Below, in pieces: positions 1-11,838 of a stretch of DNA of 64,000 nt; position 1 is the stretch's first letter, and every line of letters begins with the position of its first letter. Under the pieces are notes generated by a model. That model ran no database searches and had not been told where the DNA came from. It worked only from the letters and a program-made list of their open reading frames with translations. This DNA comes from Torpedo marmorata. Lineage: Eukaryota. The position numbers and the translations under genes are program-made. The DNA is taken from positions 263,004,001 to 263,068,000 of the forward strand of contig OZ360220.1 in the NCBI GenBank assembly GCA_977017645.1, read 5' to 3'.

Positions 1-1461
1 CGTACCTGGCAGAGTATTGAAAATCTGCGCCAACCAACTAGCCGGAGTGTTCACGGACATTTTCAACCTCTCATTGCGGCAGTCAGATGTTCCCACCTGC
101 TTCAAAAGGGCATCAATCATCCCGGTACCCAAGAAGAGTAGTGTGAGCTGCCTCAACGACTACCGCCCAGTAGCACTAACTTCTACTGTGATGAAATGCT
201 TTGAGAGGCTGGTCATGGCCAGAATTAACACGTACCTAAGCAAAGATCTGGACCCACTGCAATTCGCCTATCGCCACAACCGCTCCACAGCAGATGCAAT
301 ATCGCTGACTCTCCACTCAGCTCTGGATCACCTCGAAAACAGCAAATCATACATACGGTTGCTCTTCATCGACTACAGCTCGGCCTTCAATACCATTATT
401 CCCTCAGTGCTGGTCAAGAAGCTACAAACTCTAGGCCTCTGTACTGGATCCTTGACTTTCTCATCGGAAGACCACAGTCAGTACGAATTGGAAACAACGT
501 CTCCTCCTCACTGATTATCAACACAGGCGCACCCCAAGGATGCGTGCTTAGTCCACTGCTCTACTCGTTATACACTCATGACTGTGTGGCCAGGCACAAT
601 TCCAATGCCATATACAAGTTTGCCGATGACACCACAGTTGTCGGCAGAATCACAAATGGCAAAGAGGAAGCGTACAGGAGGGAGATAGATCAGCTCGTTG
701 AATGGTGTACTGACAACAACCTTGAGCTCAACGTCAGCAAAACCAAGGAGATGATTGTGGACTTCCGGAGGAAGTCAGGGGAACACGACCCAGTCCTCAT
801 CGAGGGTTCAGTCGTGGAGAGGGTCAAGAACTTCAAATTCCTGGGTGTCAACATCTCCGAGGATCTGTCCTGGAGCATCCACGTGGATGCAATCACAAAG
901 AAGGCTCGTCAGCGGCTATACTTTGTGAGGTGTTTGCGGAGATTCGGTATGTCACCAAAGACTCTCGTAAACTTCTACAGGTGTACCGTGGAGAGCATTC
1001 TGGCTGGTTGCATCACTGCCTGGTATGGTGGCGCCAACTCCCAGGACAAGAGTAAACTCCAGAAGGTTGTTAACTCGGCCTGTGACATCACAGGCACCAA
1101 ACTTCACTCCATCGAGGACATCTACATGAGGCGGTGTCTTAAAAAAAGCAGCCTCTATCCTCAAGGACCCCCACCATCCAGGCCATGCCCCCTTCACTCT
1201 GCTTCCATCGGGGAAAAGGTACAGGAACCTAAAGACGAGCACTCAACGGCACAAGGACAGCTTCTTCCCCGCTGCCATCAGATTCCTGAATAATCAGTGA
1301 ACCAAAGACACTGCCTTACTTTTCGTGCACTATTGTTTATAATTTTTTATAGTCATGTCGTTAGAATGGTTAATATGAATGTTAATTGCACTATGATGCT
1401 GCCGCAAAACACCGAATTTCATGACTTGTTCATGACAATAAATTCTGATTCTGATTCTGAT
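1..1461 (+). mobile_element. Rex1/Babar-type LINE, RT region to 3' tail (runs off the window start), frameshifted; inserted into the Gypsy element that follows
   Basis: ORFs 17..514 and 544..1293 contain [33 protein letters not shown] and KFLGV. The 3' end is GACAATAAA followed by a (TTCTGA)n tail. Confidence 0.9.
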
Positions 1462-4400
1462 CTTGGGACCGAACACCCGAGCATCGCATCACCCCTACAG
1501 AATCCGACAGCGACTCTGTACTGGCCTCCATCACTCTCGATCAAGGGAGCCCCCATCAACTGGCCAGATCGATGATGGACATTGAGGTGGATGGCCACAG
1601 GACGAGCTGTCTTTTCGACAGTGGGAGCACGGAGAGCTTTATACACCCCGACACGGTACAGCGTTACCGACTTGCGGTAATGCCGGTAAGCCACAAAGTC
1701 TCCATGGCTTCCAAGTCCCACACACAGAGATCCGCGGGTATGGTGTAGTGACCCCAACTGTACTGGGCACAGAATATAAAAACTTTAAATTACTAGTCAT
1801 GACACAGCTCTGCGCAGACATGCTACTGGGGCTAGACTTCCAATGTCACCTTAAAAGTGTGACGTTGGAGTACGATGGACCCCATCCCCCTCTTACCGTC
1901 TGTAATCCGCAGTTTGTAAACTGCCATCGCAAGTCACCCACAGAAGCTCCCCGGGTCTCCCTCCCATCGCGTCCAGTCAGCGACCCACCGACCGCGCATG
2001 ACCTGCGGCCTTTCTACCCTCTGGATCGCCCCCACACCGTTGTTCGCTAATCATACCTCCGACTGCAAACCCGTGGCCACCGAAAGTAGGCAATACAGTG
2101 CCGGGGACAGAGCCTTTATCAGGTCAGAAGTGCAACGGCTGTTGAAGGAGGGGATCATCGAAGCCAGCACCAGCCCCTGGAGAGCCCAAGTGGTAGTGGT
2201 AAAAAATGGGGAAAAGAACAGGATGGTCATCGATTATAGTCAAACCATCAACAGATATACGCAGCTGGATGCGTACCCCCTCCCCCGCATAGCCGACATG
2301 CTGAACCAGATCGCCCAATACCGGGTATTCTCCACCATCGACTTAAAGTCAGCATACCACCAACTCCCCATCCGACCAGAGGACAGCCAATACACTGCCT
2401 TCGAGGCAGATGGCCGCCTCTATCATTTCCTGAGGGTCCCCTTTGGTGTCACCAATGGGGTCTCGGTCTTCCAGCGGGAGATGGACTGCATAGTCGACCA
2501 GTACGGGCTACAGGCCAAATTCCCGCATCTGGATAATATCACCATTTGCGGCCATGACCTATAGGATCATGAAGCCAACCTCCAAAAATTCCTTCAGACC
2601 GCCAAGCTCCTTAACCTTACTTATAATAAGGATAAATGCGTCTTTGGCACAACACGCCTGGCCATCCTTGGCAGTGTCATACAGGATGGAGTGATTGGCC
2701 CAGATGCAGACCGCATGCACCCCCTGTTGGAACTCCCACTTCCCCACAGCCTCAAAGCCCTGAAAAGGTGCCTGGGCTTCTTTTCCTATTATGCCCAGTG
2801 GGTCCCCAATTATGAGGACAAGGCCCGCCCCCTCGTCAAATCCACCTCTTTTCCCCTGACGTCAGAGGCCCGTGCGACTTTCAGCCACATCAAAGCGGAC
2901 ATCGCCAAGGCCGCGATGCACGCTGTGGACGAATCGACCCCTTTCCAGGTGGAGAGCGATGCGTCTGATTTTGCCGTGGCCGCCACCCTCAACCAAGCGG
3001 ACAGATCGTAGCTTTCTTTTCCCGCACCCTCCAGGGCCCAGAAATCTGACACTCCTCCGTCGAGAAAGAGGCCCAATCCATTGTTGAGGCGGTGCGGCAT
3101 TGGAGGCACTAACTCGCCGGAAAACGGTTTACCTTGCTAACTGACCAACGTTCAGTTGCGTTTATGTTCAATAACCAACAGCGAGGTAAAATTAAGAACG
3201 ACAAGATTCTGAGGTGGAGAATTGAACTATCCACCTACAATTACGATATCTTGTACCGGCCTCGTAAATTCAATGAGCCCCCAGATGCCCTTTCCCGCGG
3301 GACATGTGCCAGCGCACAAATAGACCGCCTACAAGCCCTCCACAGTGACCTCTGCCACCCCGGGGTCACCAGATTCTTCCATTTTATAAAAGCCCGCAGC
3401 CTACCTTATTCCATCGAGGAGGTCAGGACCATGACCAGGAACTGCCAAATCTGTGCAGAGTGCAAACCGCACTTCTACCGACCAGACAGAGTGCACCTGA
3501 TAAAAGCCACCTGCCCCGTTGAACGCCTGAGCATTGACTTCAAGGGACCCCTCCCCTCCTCCAACCACAACGTGTACTTCCTCAACATTATTGATGAGTA
3601 CTCATGTTTCCCATTCGCCATCCCCTGCCCAGACATGACCACAGCAACAGTCATCAAGGTCCTACGCAACCTTTTCACCCTCTTCGGGTACCCCTGCTAT
3701 ATCCATAGCGACCGGGGGTCCTCTTTTATGAGTGATGAGCTGCGTCAGTCCCTGCTGGCCAGAGGCATCGCTACGAGTAGGACCACCAGTTATAATCCCT
3801 GAGGGAAAGGGCAAGTGGAGAGGGAGAACGCTACTGTTTGGAAGGCCACCCTCCTAGCCCTAATGTCAAGAGGTCTTCCAGTCTCCCGCTGGCAAGAGGT
3901 ACTCCCCGAGGCACTCCATTCAATCAGATCACTCCTGTGCACAGCCACCAATGCCACTCTACATGAGAGAATGTTTTCCTTTCCTAGGAAGTCCGCTTCA
4001 GGGACCACGCTGCCATCCTGGCTGACGCCCCCAGGGCCGGTCCTACTCCGGAGGCATGCGAGGAGCCATAAGCAGGATCCACTGGTCGAAAGGGTCCATC
4101 TCCTCCACGCCAACCCCCAATACGCCTACATGACGTATCCTGATGGGCGGGAGGACACGGTCTCCGTTTGGGACGTGGTTCCCTCGGGAGTCCCTGACAC
4201 CACTGACGACCGCCCTGCCCCCTCCCCACCCACTGCCACCCATGATGCACCCTTACCATGGCAAGTAACCCCAGCTCCGGGGGATGGCTTGCCAGATACT
4301 TCGCTGCCACGCATCCACCAAGACAGAGCCGGCAACAACACACAGGTGGTACAATCAGGACTGGATGCAACAGCTGCGCCACAGCCGGTACTACAACGGT

Positions 4401-4726
4401 CACAGCGGCAGACCAGACCACCTGAAAGACTGAATCTGTGAGAACTTTAATTCACTTCACCCCACAGGACTCTTTTTAAAAAGGAGGGGTGAATGTGGTA
4501 AACCACTGTAAATACATGTATATATGTTTATGGTCGTCTGGACACGCCCCTTACTGGCTGTACCTGTGGCTCCTCCCACAGACCCCTGAATAAAGGCTAT
4601 TGTGCCACAGCTCCCTCCCCAGTCCAGCTCAGACGACCACCAGGAGTGTACATCCATTCCAATGTGAATAAAAGCCTATCAGTTCCTGTCTAACTTCTAG
4701 TCTTTGGAGTTATTGATGGTGCATCA
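1462..4726 (+). mobile_element. Ty3/Gypsy LTR retrotransposon, family A copy 1 (protease-RT-RNaseH-integrase, PPT, 3' LTR), disrupted
   Basis: Protease LFDSGS at ~1611-1628; RT DLKSAYHQL and HLDN; RNase H ESDASD; integrase H-C zinc finger, IDFKGP and HSDRGS; PPT AAAAAGGAGGGGTGAA; LTR TG...CA at 4494-4726. Confidence 0.93.
4494..4726 (+). repeat. 3' LTR (233 bp) of Gypsy family A copy 1
   Basis: TGTGGTAAACCACT...GCATCA directly after the PPT; homologous to the LTRs at 16104 and 18573. Confidence 0.9.
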
Positions 4727-5294
4727 CACCCTTCACCTTTTTGTGCACAACACCGATGTCCCTTGCCTTATCTTTTCAGTCCCACTCTATTGTATTGCTC
4801 CTCACACCCACAAAATGTGAAGAGGATCTTTAATACCTATCAGTGCACTTCCTCAAGTCCCTATTTATCCAACCCCACCATCACTTACCCCTTGTGCAAT
4901 GCAAAGCAAATGCTTGTTGGTCACCCTCATCAAACATACTGTTTTTACTGAGTAAAGACAAGTCGTACAGGTATTCATTGATCTGTCCTTCCCAGTTGCA
5001 GATACAAGCACAACTCCAACAAGAGGCAGATTTAAGACCAATGATGAGTAATCACCAGTACCTTTAGTTTCTTCTGAACATACATTGTCCTAGAATGCTG
5101 GGGTTTTGCCTTGTGACCCAAAGATCACAGATGAAAATGATCAGAAAGTTAGGGATTGCTGGCTTATTGATTCTATTACATATTGTTGCAAAAGGCTATT
5201 CTGAACATGCCCAGAAATTTGCTACCTTTGTGAACATAACAAATCTGTTAATCCCAATCCAAATGAAAAAAACCATGATGTTCCTGACTTTCCT

Positions 5295-6203
5295 GAATTG
5301 GAAACAACGTCTCCTCCTCACTGATGATCAACAGAGGCTCACCTCAAGGATACTTGCTTAGCCCACTGCTCTACTCACTCTACACCCATAACTGTGTGGC
5401 CAGGCACAATTCAAATGCTATCTACAAATTTGCCAATGACACCACGGTTGTCGGCAGAATCATAGACGGCAATGAGGAGGCGTACAGGAGGGAGATAGAT
5501 CAGCTCATTGAATGGTGTCATAACAACTGCCTTGCACTCAACATTAGCAAAGCCAAGGAGATGATTGTAGACTCCAGGGGAACATGACCCAGTCCTCATC
5601 GAGGGGTCAGCAGTGGAGAGTGTCAAATTCCTGGGTGTCAACATCTCCGAGGATATGTCCTGGAGTCTCCCTGTTGATGCAATCACGAAGAAGGCTCGCC
5701 AATGGCTATACTTTGTAAGGAGTTTGAGGAGATTCGGTATGTCACCAAAGACTCTCGGAAACCTCTACAGGAGCACCGTGGAAAGCATTCTGGCTGATTG
5801 TATCACTGTCTAGTATGGAAGTGCCAATGCTCAGGACAAGAAAAAGCTCCAGAGGGTTGTTAACTCGGCCTGCGACATCACGGGCACCAGTCTTCACTGC
5901 ATCGAGGACATCTACAAGAGGCAGTATCTTAAGAAAGCAGCCTTTATCCTCAAGGACCCCCACCACCCAGGCCATACCCTCTTCACACTGCTACCATCGG
6001 GATAAAGGTATCGGAGCCTGAAGACGAGCACTCAGCGGCACAAGGACAGCTTCTTCCTCTCTGCCACCATATTCCTGAATGAACAATGAACCATATACAC
6101 TACCTTACTGTGTCTTTTTCTTGCACTACTTGTATTTATTTGGTAAGGTAGTTTATATAAACAACAAATTTTGTGACATGTTCATGACAATAAATTCTGA
6201 TTC
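5295..6203 (+). mobile_element. 5'-truncated Rex1/Babar-type LINE
   Basis: Closely similar to 486-1290 ([23 protein letters not shown]); ends GACAATAAATTCTGATTC. Confidence 0.88.
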
Positions 6204-6784
6204 ACTCCTTTATTGTTTAATTAATCTCTGCATTTATATATTTTGCCACTTTGCAGATATGCCAGATTCTCATGTACAATTCCAACAGCGTTCCACCTTT
6301 TTCTTAATTGTCTGCTTGTTACCTCATTATTAATTTCATCCTTGGTCACTAATTCTACTCCTCCTCCTCTGGCAGTTGTAAGTTACAACCTGAACTATCT
6401 TCTGGTCATATCTCAGTAATCGCAAATATGCTGTACTCTCCAAGTTAACCTGCAATTCAATTAATTTATTCCTTATATTTTGTGCATTTGTTCCAGGAGC
6501 ATCTCAAAGGATCACACATTCTAAGATCTCTTTCTGCTCTAATGATTTAGTCACACATTTATAATTCATTTTACTTAACTGAATTCACAATTACCCTTAA
6601 TGCCTCAAGCATTATTTCTGACTAATATCTAATCTTTCCCTTTGTTTCTGAATTACCAGTGTTATTAATTTTTCTTTTAAGACTCTTGCCCATTCATTAT
6701 TTTAATGTTCCTTTTTCTGCCTTATTTTCTATTTTACTGGGATTCATGATGATATTCCTTTTTTACCAAAAACGGATCCAGGTG

Positions 6785-7600
6785 CTGGAATGGCGGCGCT
6801 GCCGCGGACCCGCGGGGAGCAAGGGAGCGGAGATGCAGCACTCCCGCGGGGTCCAGCCGCCCAGTCGACTACCGTCGGCTCCACACATGCTTTGAACGGC
6901 CCATTGAGGGAGCCGACAGTGGTTTTATTTGAGATCCCGCGACCGTGGGGTCTGCGCCCAAGATGGCAGCGCCTATTAATTGGCAGAAGCCACGAGGGGC
7001 TGCAGACTCTGGGGAAGCGGAGGACTGGAGCAGGGCACCAGAGGACGGAAAGATCACCCCCCCCCCCGTCTGACAAAGAGAAGCGGAGGAGACGACCCAC
7101 AGAAAGGTGACCACGGCGGCAGACCAATGAGGGGCTCTGAAGCTGAAGGACCAGTGTATGCGGCAGGCTGCTGGCGACTCGAGGCAAGGAACCTGCGGAA
7201 GCTGTGGGTTGCTGGAGACTGCTGTCGGGAGACTCGCGCCAGGCTGCGGACTGCTGGAGGCTGGCTCGAACTGGCTGGAGGAGTACCAGGTATTGGAACC
7301 GGGATGCGAGGGGGTGCCGAGGGCGCCAAAGGGTTCCTGACCGTGTCGGAGGTTTGGATCTGGAGCTCGAGTTGCCGATGGTTTGGATGACTGTGTGGCT
7401 GCGGAAGCGAATCTACGGACACTCGGTGACTCTGGGGGGGACTCTCTTTTGCTTCTCTTTCTTTGACTAAGGAATGTTAGAGGCGCTTAGGCAGTTTCTG
7501 CCGGTGGTGAATCTGTCTGCCTTACAGCAGGCAAAAATAAATTTCATGTAATATGACACTGTTTTATTACAATAACAATAAATTTAATCTTGAATCTTGA
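6785..7600 (+). mobile_element. GC/CpG-rich non-coding retroposon with a Rex1-like 3' tail
   Basis: Abrupt GC-rich block in AT-rich flanks; ends AACAATAAA-TTTAATCTTGAATCTTGA; possible AGGTG duplication at 6780-6784 and 7600-7604. Confidence 0.6.
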
Positions 7601-8784
7601 GGTGTCTCATGATATATACTTTATACCTCTTTCACCTTCAGCCTTTGATTCATCTCCAAAATGTACATATTCTTTTTCAAATTTGTATTTGTTTTGGCTA
7701 ATGAGCCAGAGATTGTAATCCTTGGGGCCTGATTTTCAATTTAGCTGCAGACTCTCAAACAGGACCTTTTACCTACTCTTTCCTACGTTGGTTCACCCCA
7801 CGTGAACACAGGAATTGCATCTTCCCCTTTCTCCAAATATCCTTTTAAACCTGTTTGAGCTATCCCTCTCACTTGTACCATTTGGTAAATATGCCACATG
7901 GCATTGTTGATCCTGTTTACAAAGGACTATCAGTCTCATTAACGTTGAATCCCATATATCTACCACTTTATCCTTATCTTCCTCCGCTCTTTGGACATCC
8001 TTCAGTATTCTGTCTGTCCTGCAAATATTTATTGTCATCCTCACAGGAAATAAGTACAATATGCCAGTAGAAGAGAGTCATTTTGTGTGCATTCTGATTC
8101 TATCTCATTTCTATCATACATTCACTTTCAATCATACCATCCTCTTCTGATGGTTCACTTGTCTATTGGATGTAACGAAGATCTGCCTTAAACTTAGTCA
8201 TGCCTCTCTCCCTAAGTGTCCATCTTTTGCTACAACTCCAGCACAATGAGTTTGGCCCTGAGAGACTGAAGGTGATGTCCTGCAGACATGATCACTCAGG
8301 ACAATCTTATAATTGCATCACATGACATTAAACTCAAACTAGCACTCACACTTGGCATCACATTATACTCATCGTTCTCTCACAATTGTAGAGCAGCATA
8401 TTCACTTTACAGTTCATTCACATTCTGCTAATATTCAATAGCAATAATTACTGTGAATATTTATTATCTATCTTATGTATTTATTGTCTTTTAATTTAAT
8501 TCAATTCGTTCACTATCATAGTTTTTCGTACTTGTTCGGCTGCAGCAAGTAAGAATTTCAATGCATATTTACATTGTACAATGTGTATGACAATAAACTC
8601 ATCATTATCATCATCAAACACACCTTATCTACAATAGATCACATAAAATAATGTCCATATCCAGTTGAACTAATTACTGCCCATTCGGGCTATTCTCAGT
8701 CAGTGGTAATGTGATGGAATCTATTGTCAACAGTGCTATCAAGTGGCACTTTAACCACTAATAATCTAATTTCTGAAGGAGATA

Positions 8785-10110
8785 TGAGAGACTGCAGATG
8801 CTGGAATCTAGAGCAAAAAACAAACTGTTGGAGGTACCTGGTGGGTCAGGAAGCATCTCCGGGGGAAATGGACAGTCAATGTCTTGGGTTGAAACACTGC
8901 TTCAGGATTGAGGAAAGAGAGGGAAGAGGCAGTATTAAAGGGAGGGGTAGCGGCTCAGTGGATGATGGGCGAAAGATGGTGGGCAGATAGAGTTAGATGG
9001 ATGGAGGTAGGAGACAGTGATAGGTGGAAACAGATGAAGATGAAGAAAAGAGGCAGGTGGAGCCAAGAGGCTGGAGGGGAGGGTGAAGTTGGAGACAGCT
9101 GCTGAAGGAAGGAGATTGGTGAAACCATGTAAGGGAGGGATGGTGGCCTGATGGGAACGGTCGGGAATGGGAGGGGTGAGGGGGTAGGTGGACCAGGTGG
9201 GGAAGGGGTAAGGAACTAGGTAACAGCGAGCTGGGGAATCGTTGTTGGAAAGATGGGGGTGTTTAAGAGAACCAAGGGAGAACAGGTTGCTTAAAATTGG
9301 AGAATTCAATATCCATGCTATTGGTTTGTAGACTACTCTGTCGGAACATGAGATGCTGCTCTTCAAATTTACATATGGCTTCACTCTGTCAACAGAGGAG
9401 GCTGAAGATAGACAGGTCAGTGTGGGGATGAGGAGGGTAATTAAAATTGGAACTGGGAACTTCAACAGATGTGTGTGGACAGAGTTCAGGTGCAGGGTCG
9501 CCTAGTCTATGCTTGGTCTTACTGATGTTGAGGGGACCAGATCAGGAGCACTGAATGCAGTTGATGAGGCTGGAGGAGGTGCATGTAAGACCCTGCCTCA
9601 CCTGGCTGTTTAGGTCCCTGGATGGAGGAGAGAGGGAGGTGTAGCGACAGGTGTTTCAGCTCCTGTGGTTGCAGCAGGGTGCCTGGTGGTTGGAGGAAAG
9701 AGCAAACAAGGGAAGGGAGCACCAATACAGTTGTGAATGTAGAGGAGAAAGAGCAGGGGAGTAGTGATGAGTAGGTTTGGAACAAAGATTGCCCCACATA
9801 GCCAACGAAAAGGCAGGTGTAGTCTGGGCCTATGCGAGTCTCTATGTCTACACATTTGATTTGAAAAAAATGGGATGTTTCAAAAGAGAAGTTGTCAAGG
9901 GTAAAACCAAATTCTGCAAGATAGAGGAAGATATTAGTAGAGGGGAAGTGGTTGGATCTTTCAGGAAAGAAACAGAAGGCCCTAAGGCCTTCCTGATGGG
10001 GAATGAACATGTATAGGGCCTGGACATCCATGGTAAATATGAGGTGGTGGGAGCTAGGGAATTGGAAGTTGTTAAAATGGTGGAGAGCATGTGAGATGTC
10101 CCACATGTAG
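8785..10110 (-). mobile_element. Decayed Penelope-like element (RT fragment, GIY-YIG region, terminal repeat)
   Basis: ORF 9519..10106 reads LIFTMDVQALY.IPHQEGL.. and TLDNFSF..HFFQIK, typical of PLE RT. The terminus CTGCAGATGCTGGAATC resembles other PLE ends in the window. Confidence 0.8.
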
Positions 10111-11428
10111 GTGGGAATGATAATGATAAACTCATTATTGTCATATACATTCTACAATGTACAGTACATGTGTACCATAATTCTTACGCTGCAGCTGAAC
10201 AGTTACTTTGTAAAAAAACCAGAAACTCATCATTCCATCCTATATAGCTCACTTTCAACATCATTCATTTGAATTTCTGGAATTCTTGACCAATCAGCTT
10301 TGTGGGTGTAGCTTCATGAGACAGATTATGGTCATCAAGAAGACTTCTGCCAGCTATGTTCACGCCGCCAAGATTGATACATTTTTAAAAAAAGGATATC
10401 AACAAAGTATGATTGGGAATGTGACAGAAAAAGTTGATGGAAAATGAAAATGTATGCCAAATGCAGACATTTACACTCAAGATTTCAGATTTGTCACATA
10501 GATATAAGAACACAGCTAATAACTTTGGGGATTAGTTTTCACAATTGAGAAAGAAAGATAATTTTTAAAGAATTTGAGAGGTAGGACTTCATCTGAGGTC
10601 ACGAGCACAACGTAACAATGAGAACAAACAGTGTTTTTGATTGGAAACAGTTGAGTTAATGTCTGGGAAGAGGCGTTCAAGAGAAAGATGGTTGTCCCAC
10701 TAATGTGGTAAAATTAGAAGCCTGAGCAATATTGTGATACAATAAGTCAGGTGGATGTGACCAGAATTGTGGAATTTTTAAAAAGAAAATGTAATACTTC
10801 ATTGAGATATTAGTTCCTTCTTGTGGCATCTTTCTTGCTCCAAATGAAGATGGGATAGCAGTGAATCTGATCCAGTAATTCTGAGCCCTGATGGTTCACA
10901 CTGTCCAGAGCTCAACAACTTAGATTTTTTTTTTTTTTTTTTTTTTTTAAGCACTGCAACTCACTTCAACATTTTTATATAATTTATTTGCATGATTTGG
11001 TTGTCACTGGTAAGGCAAGCATTTATTGTCTATTCTTATGTGTAGTGGGGAGCCGCATTCTTGAACTGCTGCAGTTCCTCTTGTGAAGGTACTGCTACTC
11101 TATACTAATGTTGGGGGTATGCCAGGATTTAGACACAGTATTCATGAAAGACCAGTGATAAATTTCCTATTTGGAATGGTTTGTAGCTTGGGGGTCCACT
11201 GGTGATCTTCTTTTCACCTTGTCATCGGAGTCTGTGATTTTAGGTTTGGGGGTTGTTGTCAGAGCAACCTGGGTGAATTTGTAAATGGTACACACTGCAG
11301 CTTCTGTGTGCAAGTGATAAACGGAATAGATATTTTGAGTGGAGGATCGGGTACCAATCAAGTGGCTGCTTTGTCCTGGATGGTCCTGCCTATTTCTTAT
11401 GCTTACTGGACACTTTCTATAATATTGC

Positions 11429-11684
11429 TTAATTTTAAATTTAAACATACAGTACGGTAACAGGCCCTTTCGGCCCACGAGCCCGTGCCGCCCAATTACA
11501 CCCAATTGACCTACATCCCTGGAACATTTTGAAGGGTGGGAGGAAACCAGAGCACATGCAGGAAACCCACGCAGACACAGCGAGAACGTACAAACTCATT
11601 ACAGACAGCGCGGGATTCGAACCCCGATCCTGGTGCTGGCGCTGTAAAAGCATTGCGCTAACTGCTACGCTAACCATGCCACCC
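11429..11684 (-). mobile_element. tRNA-derived V-SINE (HE1-like)
   Basis: A box TGGTTAGCG, B box GGTTCGAATCCC, V-core GAGTTTGTACGTTCTC..GGTTTCCTCCCAC, CR1-like 3' end and (TTTAAA)n tail. Confidence 0.85.
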
Positions 11685-11838
11685 TTCTGAAAGGAAAACT
11701 ATTTTAAATATCTTCCCACTTATTTTTGCTTCCTTGTATGCCCTCTCTTTTGCTTTTACTTTGGCTTTAACTCCCTTCGTCACAATTGTCTCATTTTCCC
11801 ATTCACAAATTTTTTTCTTTTTGGTCCTGCCTGTCCTG

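Noticed and set aside
6659-7470. Overlapping 60-147 aa ORFs in the GC-rich block as a host gene or FRMPD1 first exon
   Set aside because: ORFs are open on both strands because of GC content. There is no resemblance to the FRMPD1 N-terminus, and the block ends in a retroposon tail.
4727-8300. Short ORFs in the AT-rich background as novel genes
   Set aside because: They look like very old minus-strand LINE debris and have no coherent splice or coding signal; too decayed to annotate.
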